In this document: one piece after another, positions 21,411 through 31,039 of the stretch
How the letters are laid out: every line of letters starts with the position of its first letter
How positions within the stretch are numbered: position 1 is the first letter of the stretch
Origin: a virus
DNA length: 64,000 nt
Reading direction: 5' to 3' (one strand)
Virus record (IMG/VR): IMGVR_UViG_3300045988_054096
Coordinates: 55,944-119,943 of that record
Program-made: the position numbers and the translations under genes
The notes under the pieces: generated by a model
Databases searched by the model: none
Told to the model about the DNA's origin: nothing
Seen by the model: the letters and a program-made list of their open reading frames with translations, nothing else

Positions 21411-21649
21411 TTCTCTAACTTCTTACATATAAAGTCAGCAATACTTCCGATTGGTTCTTTCAATATAGAAAGTTCCTCGTCAGTAACTTCAACATCATAC
21501 GTCCTTTCTACATACCCCATAAGGTCTATAGCATCAAGACTGTCTAACCCAGCATCATTAGCTAGACTAGACTTTTCGTCTAGCTCTACTGGATACCCAA
21601 GATCGGAAGTAATGAAGTTGATTATACTAGCTATAACTTCTTCTCTCAT
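21407..21649 (-). CDS. acpP: acyl carrier protein
   Basis: 80 aa; phosphopantetheine attachment motif LGLDSLDAIDL. Confidence 0.75.
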   Translation of the reverse strand: MREEVIASIINFITSDLGYPVELDEKSSLANDAGLDSLDAIDLMGYVERTYDVEVTDEELSILKEPIGSIADFICKKLEK

Positions 21650-22812
21650 GATTCTACACTAATTAACAGAGAGCTATTAGTTCCTCCTAGCCCAAATGAA
21701 TTGCTTAGTATCATTTTAGGTTTGGTTTCTACTAACTCTTTTCTAATATTCAATCCCATTGAAAAGTCAGCAGTATTTATGTTTGGAGGAATAAATCCCT
21801 CTCTAGCTGCAAGAAGAGAATATATCACCTCACTTGCGCCAGCCATCCACATCTCATGCCCAGTTAGTGCTTTAGTAGCACTAATATAGGGAGAGTTTCC
21901 AAACACTACTTTTATTGCATCAGCTTCTATTTTATCCCCTTCCCTAGTACCAGTAGCATGAGCACTTATAAGAGAAACATCTTCCGGATATACATCTCCC
22001 AAAGCTTTCTTCATACAAGATATTTGAGATTCAGTAGTACTAACCACTAACTCTCCAGAGGATGTAGCACCATACCCAATTATTTCTCCGTATATTTTAG
22101 CTCCTCTAGAGAGCGCATAGTCGAGATCTTCTAGAACTAGACAAGCAGCTCCCCCACTAGGAACTAATCCACTTCTCATCTCATCAAAAGGTCTCACTGC
22201 TTCCTCCGGATTTGGACTAACAGAGAAGTTTCCAAGAGCATCAAACGCAAATACTGAATATTCATTGACCTCTTGACATCCTCCACATAGTATTGCTGGT
22301 TCAATTCCTTGCTTTATAAGAGCATATGCAACTCCTATAGCATGACCTCCAGAGGCACAAGCTCCTCCAACAGAGAATGACGTTCCTCTCAACTTAAAAA
22401 GGTTGGTAATAACTGCTGTAGGATTGGAATTTAGAGTCTTAATGACATGAGTTGGTCCAAGTTTTGATGTTTTGGTGTGCTTTCTCCACATATCAATGGA
22501 TTCAGCCATAGCTCTAGAACTACTATCATTTCCAATAATAACACCACAATCTGTAAGACCATCTGAATCAGTAAGTGCTTCTGATGCTGCCACGTAAGCA
22601 TATTTACTTTCATCTGACATGAATCTTTGAAGTGGTCTCGGAATGAAAGGCTCCTGTAACTTACCAGTGAGAGTAGATCGAAATCCTATATCAGTCCTAG
22701 GTGTATCAGCGACAAGTCCACACTTTCCACTACGAAGTGATTTCAGAACTTCCTCCTTACCAACACCAAGACAGGAATATATTCCTATCCCAGTAATGAC
22801 AACTCTCTTCAT
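21646..22812 (-). CDS. fabF: beta-ketoacyl-ACP synthase (KAS I/II, FabF/FabB-like)
   Basis: 388 aa; active-site GGACASG Cys, HATGT His, C-terminal NSFGLGGTNSSLLI; start overlaps ACP stop. Confidence 0.8.
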   Translation of the reverse strand: MKRVVITGIGIYSCLGVGKEEVLKSLRSGKCGLVADTPRTDIGFRSTLTGKLQEPFIPRPLQRFMSDESKYAYVAASEALTDSDGLTDCGVIIGNDSSSRAMAESIDMWRKHTKTSKLGPTHVIKTLNSNPTAVITNLFKLRGTSFSVGGACASGGHAIGVAYALIKQGIEPAILCGGCQEVNEYSVFAFDALGNFSVSPNPEEAVRPFDEMRSGLVPSGGAACLVLEDLDYALSRGAKIYGEIIGYGATSSGELVVSTTESQISCMKKALGDVYPEDVSLISAHATGTREGDKIEADAIKVVFGNSPYISATKALTGHEMWMAGASEVIYSLLAAREGFIPPNINTADFSMGLNIRKELVETKPKMILSNSFGLGGTNSSLLISVES

Positions 22813-23114
22813 CGAACAGGAATTAAATAGTATTTCACTCCATTGATCAGCTTCTTAAAGAAGCCTAAGTCCACTGTTGATTCAATACGAAGTACCTCAT
22901 CAGGGTAAGTATAGACCTTCAACTTGCCATCTTCTTTTAAGAAGTAACACAGTGCCTCTTCATTAGAAGTATCTGTGATTATACAGATCTGGTTATCACT
23001 AGGCTTAAGTATATCCATTATTCCAGAGTCTGACTCCTTTATAGGATATATCTTGCCATCAAACTCCAGATGCCACTTAGAGTTTGCTTTTACAATTTTA
23101 ATAGTTTTAACCAT
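22809..23114 (-). CDS. hypothetical protein
   Basis: 101 aa ORF. Confidence 0.3.
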   Translation of the reverse strand: MVKTIKIVKANSKWHLEFDGKIYPIKESDSGIMDILKPSDNQICIITDTSNEEALCYFLKEDGKLKVYTYPDEVLRIESTVDLGFFKKLINGVKYYLIPVR

Positions 23115-23230
23115 TATGCCCCAGTAATTACCCTCTGTTTGATGCCTCCAGGACGAGTGGTTGCATCTTTATACTTCTGATCTTGTTTATCCCACCAAGC
23201 CTTGGCTAGTTCGAGATTCTTTAACTTTTT

Positions 23231-23950
23231 CTTATACTTCATTTAGTTCTTTATTTAAAAGATTAATAACTTGTTCATCAGAGAGTCTATAATCAACTTC
23301 TATAAGTTTAATATTAGATCTCTTACATAAAGCTCTTAGCAGATTATCTCTAGTCTACTATTTATTGAAATCAGCTACTCCTCCTGAATGAAAGAACGGA
23401 ATATATTGATAATGCTGTACTCCATTGTATTCAATTATATACTTCTTGTTATTAGCAAAAACTACAAAGTCAGGTATAATAATATTTATTCCATTTATAG
23501 TTTTGGGAAGCACTATTCTGACCTAACTTTTATAGGAATACTCATTATCCTCTAGGTATTTCCTAATAAGAGATTCTCCAGAAGTTTCCTAACACCTAGG
23601 GCATCCACATCCCATTAAATGATTATGAGGAGTAACTAGGAAGATACCATGTTTAGGGCAAGTAACTTCAATATAAGAATGCATACCAGTGTATTTCCCA
23701 TATTTAAATCTACTTCCCCATCTAATGTAAGCTCTGCGCTCAAATTCTTCCTAGGAAATTCGGCTGTTTATTCCCCTCTGTTCATAAGAACACTTACGAC
23801 ATCCTCTACCAGACAAATGGTCGCTAGGAGTCTACTAAAATTCTCCATGAATAGGGCAGATTATAGTTACCTTAGTCTTATTCCCCTAATAATTAACTCT
23901 AGAATAATCATAGAAATCTCCATGAACTTTTCTTGCTTTCTCTATAAACT
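23231..23950 (-). CDS. homing-endonuclease-like protein (duplicated CPxHGxF(QQ)TPxxHLxGxGCPxC zinc ribbons + DUF559/PD-(D/E)XK-like C-terminal domain), TAG-recoded
   Basis: single minus-strand frame gives coherent ~235 aa protein ...KVHGDFYDYSRVNY*GNKTKVTIICPIHGEF**TPSDHLSGRGCRKC...CPKHGIFLVTPHNHLMGCGCPRC*ET...PDFVVFANNKKYIIEYNGVQHY...FNK**TRD...NEV with 8 in-frame TAG (incl. two TAG-TAG pairs) and TAA stop at 23231-23233; start codon not resolved. Confidence 0.5.
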
Positions 23951-23979
23951 ACCTGTTTGTTAATTTCTTTTCATCTTTA

Positions 23980-24498
23980 TTATTGATTTTTTGTATTAAG
24001 TAAATCTGCATATTTTACAGCCTCTTTTAGGCTCTTTCCTTCATAGAATCCTTGAAATATATTATTGATGTAAGATTTAGTATTTATATCCATTTTAATT
24101 TTAGGACTATACTTCTTCCACCAATCTATTTCATTTCTAGGATTTCCTCCATAAGTTCTGCAGGCGGCTAGATAATCACAAGCTAACTCTATAGCATATT
24201 TCCTTGGCATCTCAGCAGGAATGCCTCCATCATCAAGACTATGAATCCAATATTCATAGTGATGAGGATTTCTTCCTCTATGATGCAAGAATGTTTCAGA
24301 ATAGCCATTGATGTTTCTCTCATTAGCCAAGAAACTGATTTTATCATCCCAATACTTTATTGAGCGACTAAACTCAGTCCAGTTAAACTTAGACAAATCA
24401 TGCATTATTCCTTGCCAATATAAGCCAACCTGAAAACAATAATAGGCTACCCAAAACTTATGTGTTAATATTCTTTTCAATAGTTTTAATCCCACCAT
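23980..24498 (-). CDS. hypothetical protein
   Basis: 172 aa ORF. Confidence 0.3.
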   Translation of the reverse strand: MVGLKLLKRILTHKFWVAYYCFQVGLYWQGIMHDLSKFNWTEFSRSIKYWDDKISFLANERNINGYSETFLHHRGRNPHHYEYWIHSLDDGGIPAEMPRKYAIELACDYLAACRTYGGNPRNEIDWWKKYSPKIKMDINTKSYINNIFQGFYEGKSLKEAVKYADLLNTKNQ

Positions 24499-24899
24499 GT
24501 CTGCATTCTGTACAGCCTTAACTTATTATATAGGTACCAAGCCTTTGCTTGACGCAAGTAATCTCTCATTGTTGGTTCCTCTAATTTGAGAAAAGTTCCA
24601 AATCTACTAGCATTTTTAATGTTGACGTACTTAACCAGAGTCCATTTGTTGGGATTACCAAGTCCTCCCCATGAAACAGCACTATCTTCCTCCATGATAA
24701 TCCCAAGAAGTTTAATAGCAAGTTTCACTTCTCTAGCAACTCTTTCTGACCCTACAGCTACAGGTTTATCACTAGAATAGAACTCATACATTCTATTCAG
24801 CATTTCTCTCTCAATTTCCAAGTTAAATCCAAAGTCCCAAGGCTGGAACTTCATAGCTGATTTAATTAACTTCTTGTTCTTATTCTTTCTTAGTTTCAT
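24486..24899 (-). CDS. hypothetical protein
   Basis: 137 aa ORF. Confidence 0.3.
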   Translation of the reverse strand: MKLRKNKNKKLIKSAMKFQPWDFGFNLEIEREMLNRMYEFYSSDKPVAVGSERVAREVKLAIKLLGIIMEEDSAVSWGGLGNPNKWTLVKYVNIKNASRFGTFLKLEEPTMRDYLRQAKAWYLYNKLRLYRMQTWWD

Positions 24900-25309
24900 A
24901 ATTTCTGCGAGGCTGCAACAGCCAATTTATCTGCACGTTCATTCCACTTATCACCACTATGTCCTTTAACGTGTTTAAATTCGACATTTGGACATAGTTG
25001 TTTAACACGTTCGAATTGTTTATCGAACTCTTCCCACAGCTTTACATTCTTCTTTCTTTTCCAACCAAGAGATGCACACCCTATGCAATACATACTGTCG
25101 GATATAATAGTGAGAGAGTCAATCGGATTCTTTATGAGTCTAAGCCCAATTATCATAGCAGCAACTTCAGCTTTATTATTAGTACCTTCCAAAAACATTT
25201 TAGAATATTCTAAGATAGGACGGTCATTTTTTAAAATTACTATTCCAATTCCCATTTGGTCTTTGACTGAGCTATAAGCTCCATCTGTGTATATCGTATA
25301 ATTATCCAT
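24896..25309 (-). CDS. rnhA: ribonuclease H (RNase HI)
   Basis: 137 aa; YTDGAYSS...TNNKAEVAAMIIGL...ISDSMY...HVKGHSGDKWNERADKLA matches RNase H catalytic DEDD pattern. Confidence 0.75.
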   Translation of the reverse strand: MDNYTIYTDGAYSSVKDQMGIGIVILKNDRPILEYSKMFLEGTNNKAEVAAMIIGLRLIKNPIDSLTIISDSMYCIGCASLGWKRKKNVKLWEEFDKQFERVKQLCPNVEFKHVKGHSGDKWNERADKLAVAASQKL

Positions 25310-25844
25310 ATTCCCATAAATAATTGTAAGCAGATTTACGTTTTCCAGAGCAACACATAGAAATCAAAGAGTGATTATTTACTCCTATCGTCTTAACAGC
25401 TTCAGCCATACTAGAGTATATTGCTATTACTTCTCCATCAAATGATCTCTGGATAACTTTCTTCTTTCTAGCAGAGTTACCTTTCTCAATTACATTACTA
25501 TAATTTAGATTATTAAGGCTTGTTGACCATTCTAAGTTAGTAGCTCTATTGTTTGACTTATCCTCATCAATATGGTTGACCTGTGGAAGATTCTCTGGGT
25601 TAGGTATAAACGCCTCAGCTACTAACCTGTGAATCTTTGGATTTTTCTTCTTTCCATCCCTCGACAAAGATACGTACAAATATCCTGCACCATCCGAATT
25701 TGGTTTTAAAATCTTTTCTGGGATGGTTCTATGACCAGTTATCTTATGTGAAACGACTCTTGCAAGGCTTTTCACATTACCTATGTTACTAACTTGATAC
25801 AAACCTTCATAATCCTTAATATCCTTCCAAATTTCATTCATCAC
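25302..25844 (-). CDS. HNH homing endonuclease (NUMOD4 + HNH_3)
   Basis: 180 aa; WKDIKDYEGLYQVSNIGNVKSL NUMOD4-like N-terminus; VNHIDEDKSNNRATNLEW HNH motif. Confidence 0.7.
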   Translation of the reverse strand: MMNEIWKDIKDYEGLYQVSNIGNVKSLARVVSHKITGHRTIPEKILKPNSDGAGYLYVSLSRDGKKKNPKIHRLVAEAFIPNPENLPQVNHIDEDKSNNRATNLEWSTSLNNLNYSNVIEKGNSARKKKVIQRSFDGEVIAIYSSMAEAVKTIGVNNHSLISMCCSGKRKSAYNYLWEYG

Positions 25845-25859
25845 ATATCAATGTATAAT

Positions 25860-26096
25860 TCATAATATAGATACGCTCCAGTTAGTTATTACAGTGTATA
25901 ATAGAAATGTTATAACCCAGAATATAATAAAATATCCAAAAACTTCCATTACAGAATCAAGATACTTAATATCAGAAAGATCCCAATATCCTCTACGTTT
26001 ATACTGATTGCGTTTCGACTTGTAATGTAAGTACGCTACTACTAATATTATAACTACTAGTAGTACAATTAGTAAAAATAAACTTCCAACTGTCAT
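25860..26096 (-). CDS. small membrane protein
   Basis: 78 aa, two TM helices. Confidence 0.3.
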   Translation of the reverse strand: MTVGSLFLLIVLLVVIILVVAYLHYKSKRNQYKRRGYWDLSDIKYLDSVMEVFGYFIIFWVITFLLYTVITNWSVSIL

Positions 26097-26100
26097 AATC

Positions 26101-26150
26101 TAAAAAAAAATAGCCCCTGCAAGAGTATATGACTACTCTCACAGGGGCTT
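26101..26150 (-). terminator. rho-independent terminator
   Basis: hairpin AGCCCCTG...CAGGGGCT (26112-26149) followed on minus strand by T9 (plus-strand A-run 26102-26110); downstream of gene 26156..26461. Confidence 0.5.
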
Positions 26151-26155
26151 AAACC

Positions 26156-26461
26156 TTATGATTTGAGATAGTCTACTATTGCTTGTAACTTATTAGCATC
26201 TTCTTTCTTAAATATAAATTCGTCAAAATCCCCATATATGGAACGGTGACCGAAAATATACTTAATAGCATTCTTTATACGTTTCCAGAAGGAGTCTGGT
26301 TTTAAGTGAATCCAAAGATAAACGTCCCCTCCTCTCTCAGGGAAGTAGTTAAATGTTAATTGATGCTCTGGACTATCACATTGACATATAAAAGATTTGC
26401 TTTCCATATCTGCTAAATAATTTACAAGGTAGTATCCATCTACTTTACCTTTATATTTCAT
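26156..26461 (-). CDS. hypothetical protein
   Basis: 101 aa ORF. Confidence 0.3.
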   Translation of the reverse strand: MKYKGKVDGYYLVNYLADMESKSFICQCDSPEHQLTFNYFPERGGDVYLWIHLKPDSFWKRIKNAIKYIFGHRSIYGDFDEFIFKKEDANKLQAIVDYLKS

Positions 26462-26706
26462 ACTAATAAATTAAAAAGCTCCCTAACTGCGCTCTTGACA
26501 TTACATCGTGGACCGTAGGATTTTACACCAGGGGGATTCAGGTTTGGAGCTTAGCTACTATAATCCCTTATTCACCATGTCCTATTCTCTTGAGAGTTTC
26601 AGAAGGTTCCTCATAGAACCTATCTACAGGCACTATGATTTCGTGTCCTGCGCCTTCTTCAACCTTGGAATCAATAATCTTTAAAGACCACAGAGCTTGA
26701 ATAAAT

Positions 26707-27228
26707 CTAAGCTCTGGATTCTTGCACAGAGTTTCCCTCAGAAGCTCCAACAGCTTTTGGTTGGATTTTATTCTTTCGCTTACGTTTTTGTCCATGATAA
26801 AATTCTCCTTTAAACGAATCCTCGTTGAATCCTAGTCTATCACGAGTGATGATATTCAGTTGTTCCTCTTTTTCCTTTCTCTTAGCCTCTATTTTATAGA
26901 GGATCCACTTATTTTCTTCCTCTTTTCGTTTTTCTTGTTCCCTTTCAAGTTTCCTTCGCATCTTTGCTTGTTCAGCAAAGTACCTATAACATTCTTTGGA
27001 ACCTCGCTCACAAGTATAGCTATCACACTTGTACACTGGAGATATATAGTCGTCAGGTTTTATGCCCTTAGAAGCTAGCTCAAACCTTAGTTTTATGGCT
27101 AGTGTTTTATTGATATAACCTCCAGAGTCCATAATATGTCTATATCGTCTGTAACCAATTCTTCCATAGATGTAGGCATTAACTCTCCAACTGGAATCTA
27201 TTATCTTATAAAGAGGGGTTGGGATCAT
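26707..27228 (-). CDS. hypothetical protein; reading frame stays open ~45 codons upstream of its ATG and may be the C-terminal part of a gene continuing from 27347..27616 through a frameshift
   Basis: 173 aa ORF; upstream in-frame sequence LKLLHGYVDEHEETPGERWPNEYYFDDDRVLQKRERKGRKNKL looks protein-like and abuts the stop of ORF 27347..27616. Confidence 0.3.
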   Translation of the reverse strand: MIPTPLYKIIDSSWRVNAYIYGRIGYRRYRHIMDSGGYINKTLAIKLRFELASKGIKPDDYISPVYKCDSYTCERGSKECYRYFAEQAKMRRKLEREQEKRKEEENKWILYKIEAKRKEKEEQLNIITRDRLGFNEDSFKGEFYHGQKRKRKNKIQPKAVGASEGNSVQESRA

Positions 27229-27346
27229 TTTAGTTATTTTTACGAGTTTATTTTTCCTTCCCTTACGTTCTCGCTTTTGTAGAACCCTATCATCGTCAAA
27301 GTAATACTCATTAGGCCAGCGTTCGCCAGGAGTCTCTTCATGCTCA

Positions 27347-27616
27347 TCAACATACCCATGTAGTAGTTTTAATGGACGGAGAGAACCGTTCTCTTATCTT
27401 TTTAAACACGTATTGATAGTCTTTTCCAACAGACTTTTCCAAGAAGTTATCTATCCATCTATAGAAACTTCTATTAAAATGATCCCAGTAACAATAACCG
27501 TACTGATATTTTAGTCTTTTGCTATGTCTATTTACAGAAGACCTCATACTTCTATGTGTTGGAAGACATATATCCTCCCAATCACTACAATTGTATTGAT
27601 TCAAATGAAGTTTCAT
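27347..27616 (-). CDS. hypothetical protein (possible N-terminal part of frameshift-split gene)
   Basis: 89 aa ORF. Confidence 0.3.
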   Translation of the reverse strand: MKLHLNQYNCSDWEDICLPTHRSMRSSVNRHSKRLKYQYGYCYWDHFNRSFYRWIDNFLEKSVGKDYQYVFKKIRERFSPSIKTTTWVC

Positions 27617-27638
27617 ATAAAAATCTTTGGAATATTAG

Positions 27639-27718
27639 TACTGGGACTCAAACCCACACGGGCATTACTGCCCATCAGATTTTAAGTCTGATGCGTCTAC
27701 CAATTCCGCCATCCCAGC
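27639..27718 (-). tRNA. tRNA-Leu (anticodon UAA), type II
   Basis: cloverleaf GCTGGGATGGCGGAATTGGTAGACGC...anticodon loop CTTAAAA...GGGTTTGAGTCCCAGT; long variable arm. Confidence 0.7.
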
Positions 27719-27756
27719 ATAAAGTGCTAAGAATACTCCTAGTACTCAGTAATTTA

Positions 27757-28881
27757 TTAGAATGCAAGACCGCCTCTATACAGCGAAGGTCTGTTCTCCA
27801 AGTTGAGTATCTTGAAGTAATACCTATCACCATCTCCTGTTTCAGTCACAAGAATACCATCTGCAGTAAGAGGTTCAACTACTAAGCCATAACCTCCAAA
27901 CGGGTCTCCGGGTCTTAACAAGTCTGCGGCAGTCATCGAGCTTACTCGTCTACGATAAATATCAAGATCATCTTCATCAAGCGTATATTCTTTACCCTCA
28001 CTGTCCTTATCCTTAGTACCAACCTTAGCCAAAGTATCCCTGAAGATAGCAACAGAGTTTTCTTCACTTGCGTTGTAATAACTATACTGAACAGAATAGG
28101 AATATTGCGCTTGTTCTACGTTTATGAAGTTCTTGAAATCATTGATAGAGCACTTATGAATATTAAGCTCCTCAACTATACTCTTAAGAATGTCAATCGT
28201 AGATATAGCTAAGGAATCAATGAAGGTAAGTACTTCTTGTACTCTACTCTTATCCTCTAGACAATCATTCAAGTACTCCATGATTACGTCTGTGGACAGA
28301 TTTCCAAATGACTTCTTATATCTGATTCTTGAGGGGCGACCAATGAAGTTCTCATTGATGTACAACTTGTTTGTAGTCAAGAGAAAGACTCTCCTATAAG
28401 GACTGTTAAATACACCATCCATTATGGATAGAAGTTCAAGATCATATCCTTTTCCTGTATCAAAATTCTTCTCAAATTCATCAAAGAATAACACACAAGG
28501 ACTGTTAATCTTAGAAATAAAATCAGCAAGTCCAGGATACGGAGCATTAATCAAAATTACAGGAAGCTTAGTTTTATTTGCTATAATTTTAGCAGTAATA
28601 GTTTTACCAGTTCCCTTAACTCTATTGAACAAAATTCCAAGATTGGAAGTTGTGTTCTCGAAGGTAGTCATAATATGTTCTATCAGCTTCGATTCCATAC
28701 CGTAAATCTTGAAATCGAAATGAAATTCATCAGCAAAATCTTCCAAAAAGATTTCATGACGATCGGGATCAAAATTCATAGTGTAAACACGTTTAGGTAA
28801 CTTATCAATTATCTGAATCGTGTCATCAACTTGCTTAAGGACTCTTCCGTTCTTAAGCCAAACAATGTTAGGTGTACTCAT
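27757..28881 (-). CDS. AAA+ ATPase
   Basis: 374 aa; Walker A GTGKT, Walker B VLFFDEFE. Confidence 0.5.
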   Translation of the reverse strand: MSTPNIVWLKNGRVLKQVDDTIQIIDKLPKRVYTMNFDPDRHEIFLEDFADEFHFDFKIYGMESKLIEHIMTTFENTTSNLGILFNRVKGTGKTITAKIIANKTKLPVILINAPYPGLADFISKINSPCVLFFDEFEKNFDTGKGYDLELLSIMDGVFNSPYRRVFLLTTNKLYINENFIGRPSRIRYKKSFGNLSTDVIMEYLNDCLEDKSRVQEVLTFIDSLAISTIDILKSIVEELNIHKCSINDFKNFINVEQAQYSYSVQYSYYNASEENSVAIFRDTLAKVGTKDKDSEGKEYTLDEDDLDIYRRRVSSMTAADLLRPGDPFGGYGLVVEPLTADGILVTETGDGDRYYFKILNLENRPSLYRGGLAF

Positions 28882-28892
28882 TTAAGTTATAT

Positions 28893-29378
28893 TTAGAATA
28901 TACAACACATGGAAGCAATAAAGAACATAATGGAAGTTATACAGCCTATGATCACCCTAGCAGCGGAGGTATCAGTAAAGTCTCCATTGTTTTTCTCGTC
29001 TGTTTCCTTAATTTGGTTCAATACTTTAACCATAATTACAGCAACTGTGATTAATAGGAAGAATCCTACTATAAGTCCAATTATGTCCTTGTACAGGATT
29101 TTCCAAGATAGCATAAAAATAGCAGACTTCCCTAAATTGGACTCTGCTAACTTTATTGTATTGTCACTAATTGCTTTGAATGTCTCATTGACAGCTATTC
29201 CAATTTCGGTTCCTATGCTGGAATCGTCATTGTCATCGCTTACAACAGCATTTTCTCTCACATACTTTTGAGTTTCTTCAGGGAGATTCTTGAAACAATC
29301 CTCTGAAATCGTTACAGTTTCTGCAAACATTCCCACACTACATATCATAGCCATGAAAATAAAAATTAATCTTTTCAT
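28893..29378 (-). CDS. membrane protein with signal peptide
   Basis: 161 aa; N-terminal signal, two C-terminal TM segments. Confidence 0.35.
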   Translation of the reverse strand: MKRLIFIFMAMICSVGMFAETVTISEDCFKNLPEETQKYVRENAVVSDDNDDSSIGTEIGIAVNETFKAISDNTIKLAESNLGKSAIFMLSWKILYKDIIGLIVGFFLLITVAVIMVKVLNQIKETDEKNNGDFTDTSAARVIIGCITSIMFFIASMCCIF

Positions 29379-29400
29379 CTATATTACTATTAAAAGTTTG

Positions 29401-29482
29401 TAGGGCCGGAGGGACTCGAACCCTCACACCCGAAGGCGACAGATCCTAAATCTGTTGCGGCTACCAGTTACGCCACGACCCC
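29401..29482 (-). tRNA. tRNA-Leu (anticodon UAG)
   Basis: GGGGTCGTGGCGTAACTGGTAGCCGC...loop TTTAGGA...GAGGGTTCGAGTCCCTCCGGCCCT. Confidence 0.65.
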
Positions 29483-29644
29483 AAAATTTAGAACACCTTT
29501 GCTAGATTACCTACTTATCTAATCTAACTAAGAGTCAGCTCTCTTTTAACCATCAAAAGAGCAGTAGGAATGTATTAACCTTCAACATCATTGGACTAGT
29601 CCAGCTAGCTATTAACCAACTTAGCTTGATTTATAATGCAAGAG

Positions 29645-29673
29645 AATACTTGCTGCAAGTGTTCTTGTTATGT
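29645..29673 (+). promoter_or_regulatory. variant copy of conserved intergenic motif (ACTTGCTGCAAGTGTTCTTGTTATG)
   Basis: matches consensus aaTTGCTGTnnGTnnTCTTaTta found at 8 other intergenic sites; directly after stop of gene 29681..29971. Confidence 0.3.
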
Positions 29674-29680
29674 CTAGTAA

Positions 29681-29971
29681 TTAGTTCGTGTTAAATCCGT
29701 AACCAAATCCTAGTCTAGTAGTTATATACTTGCCTATGTCACCAAGTTTCTTTCTAAGCCTTGAAACAGTAGTGTCAACTGCTCTTAAGGAAACTTCTGA
29801 GTCCCATACAGCTTGCATAATCTCCTTTCTTGTATAAATTTTATCTCTATTCTTTAGAAAGAATACCAATAGGTTATATACTGTTTTAGTAAGATTTACT
29901 TCTACTCCCTCTAAATAGCACTCTTTCTTGTCCAAATCTACTACCAGAGTTTTAAATTCTATTTTATTCAT
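29681..29971 (-). CDS. winged-helix DNA-binding protein (OmpR/PhoB C-terminal effector-like)
   Basis: 96 aa; YTRKEIMQAVWDSEVSLRAVDTTVSRLRKKL...TRLGFGY pattern of trans_reg_C. Confidence 0.55.
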   Translation of the reverse strand: MNKIEFKTLVVDLDKKECYLEGVEVNLTKTVYNLLVFFLKNRDKIYTRKEIMQAVWDSEVSLRAVDTTVSRLRKKLGDIGKYITTRLGFGYGFNTN

Positions 29972-30594
29972 TTTCCTATCTTAGTTTCTTCATCATATTT
30001 CCGATAACGATAATAACTTCTTTCTCCACATTTATTCTTAGATTTATAAGTATCTAATTGTGAATCACAGTTAGGACATATACATCTAAGATTATCCCTC
30101 TTATTATTAGAAGCGTGACCATCTATATGATCCAGAACAAACACTAGAGGTTTCCCATTCCACTCTGGTTTCATTCCACATATAGCACAAACTCCTCCCT
30201 GTTCTTGAAGTATATCGTCTTTGAAATGTTTAGGAATATAATTGGCTCGCATTATAGAAGGATCCCCATCTAGTATTTTTTGATAGCCTATTTTATGATT
30301 ATATTCTAGTCCACATTCAGCACAACAGAACTTATTGGAATATCCACTTACCTTTTTAAATTCTTTTCCACAGTTCGCGCAGACTCTTGTAGGAACCTTT
30401 ATAACTCCTTTATTGAAAGTTTCTCTATCGTTAACAACTCTTCTTTGTGGAAGTTCAATTCCAAGTCTTAGTGCAACTTTTTTAATATTAGATCCACTGC
30501 AATTATATCTTCTTCCTATTTCTTCATAGCTTAATTTTTCGACTAATATCAATTGTTCTAAGTTTTCTTTCTCTGATTCCCATTTACTTTTCAT
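29968..30594 (-). CDS. HNH endonuclease with N-terminal HTH
   Basis: 208 aa; HTH EIGRRYNCSGSNIKKVALRLG; C-terminal CAICG...VLDHIDGHASNNKRDNLRCICPNC HNH motif. Confidence 0.55.
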   Translation of the reverse strand: MKSKWESEKENLEQLILVEKLSYEEIGRRYNCSGSNIKKVALRLGIELPQRRVVNDRETFNKGVIKVPTRVCANCGKEFKKVSGYSNKFCCAECGLEYNHKIGYQKILDGDPSIMRANYIPKHFKDDILQEQGGVCAICGMKPEWNGKPLVFVLDHIDGHASNNKRDNLRCICPNCDSQLDTYKSKNKCGERSYYRYRKYDEETKIGK

Positions 30595-30706
30595 AATTCA
30601 TATAATTTGTTCAAATATACGAATAATAAATTTCGAATCAAAGTAAGATTACGAATATTTGCTTAAGCTGTTGAACTTAGGAGTAGATATAAGGTCTTAA
30701 ATTTGG

Positions 30707-30781
30707 TACACCCGGTGGGATTCAAACCCACAACCTACGCCTTAGAAGGGCGTTGCTGCTATTCAGTTGAGCTACGGGTGC
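30707..30781 (-). tRNA. tRNA-Arg (anticodon UCU)
   Basis: GCACCCGTAGCTCAACTGAAT...loop CTTCTAA...GTGGGTTTGAATCCCACCGGGTGT. Confidence 0.6.
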
Positions 30782-30883
30782 CTATAAGCAGGGCAATTTA
30801 GTTTTTCAGGTCATTTCGGACTCTCTTCGAAAAGTTTTATAGTGCTATACGCTATAACCACTCGCCCTACTGTCAGAACACTT

Positions 30884-30952
30884 ACTTTTGGGATTCGAAC
30901 CTCTTAATTAGAAATTAAGTGTGCTACCATTACACCACATATCCTATAAAAT
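30884..30952 (-). tRNA. tRNA-like, nominal anticodon UCU, Gln-type D-arm, weak T-stem/acceptor (possible pseudo-tRNA)
   Basis: GGATATGTGGTGTAATGGTAGCACACTTAATTTCTAATTAAGAGGTTCGAATCCC; D-arm identical class to tRNA-Gln and the CUA suppressor; acceptor pairing not found. Confidence 0.3.
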
Positions 30953-31039
30953 GGCGGATAATAGAAAGTAAATATAATAACTCTTAATAACTATCCCAAG
31001 TTAAAAAGTGTTAATCAAAAGATAGCTTGTTGAAGGAAA

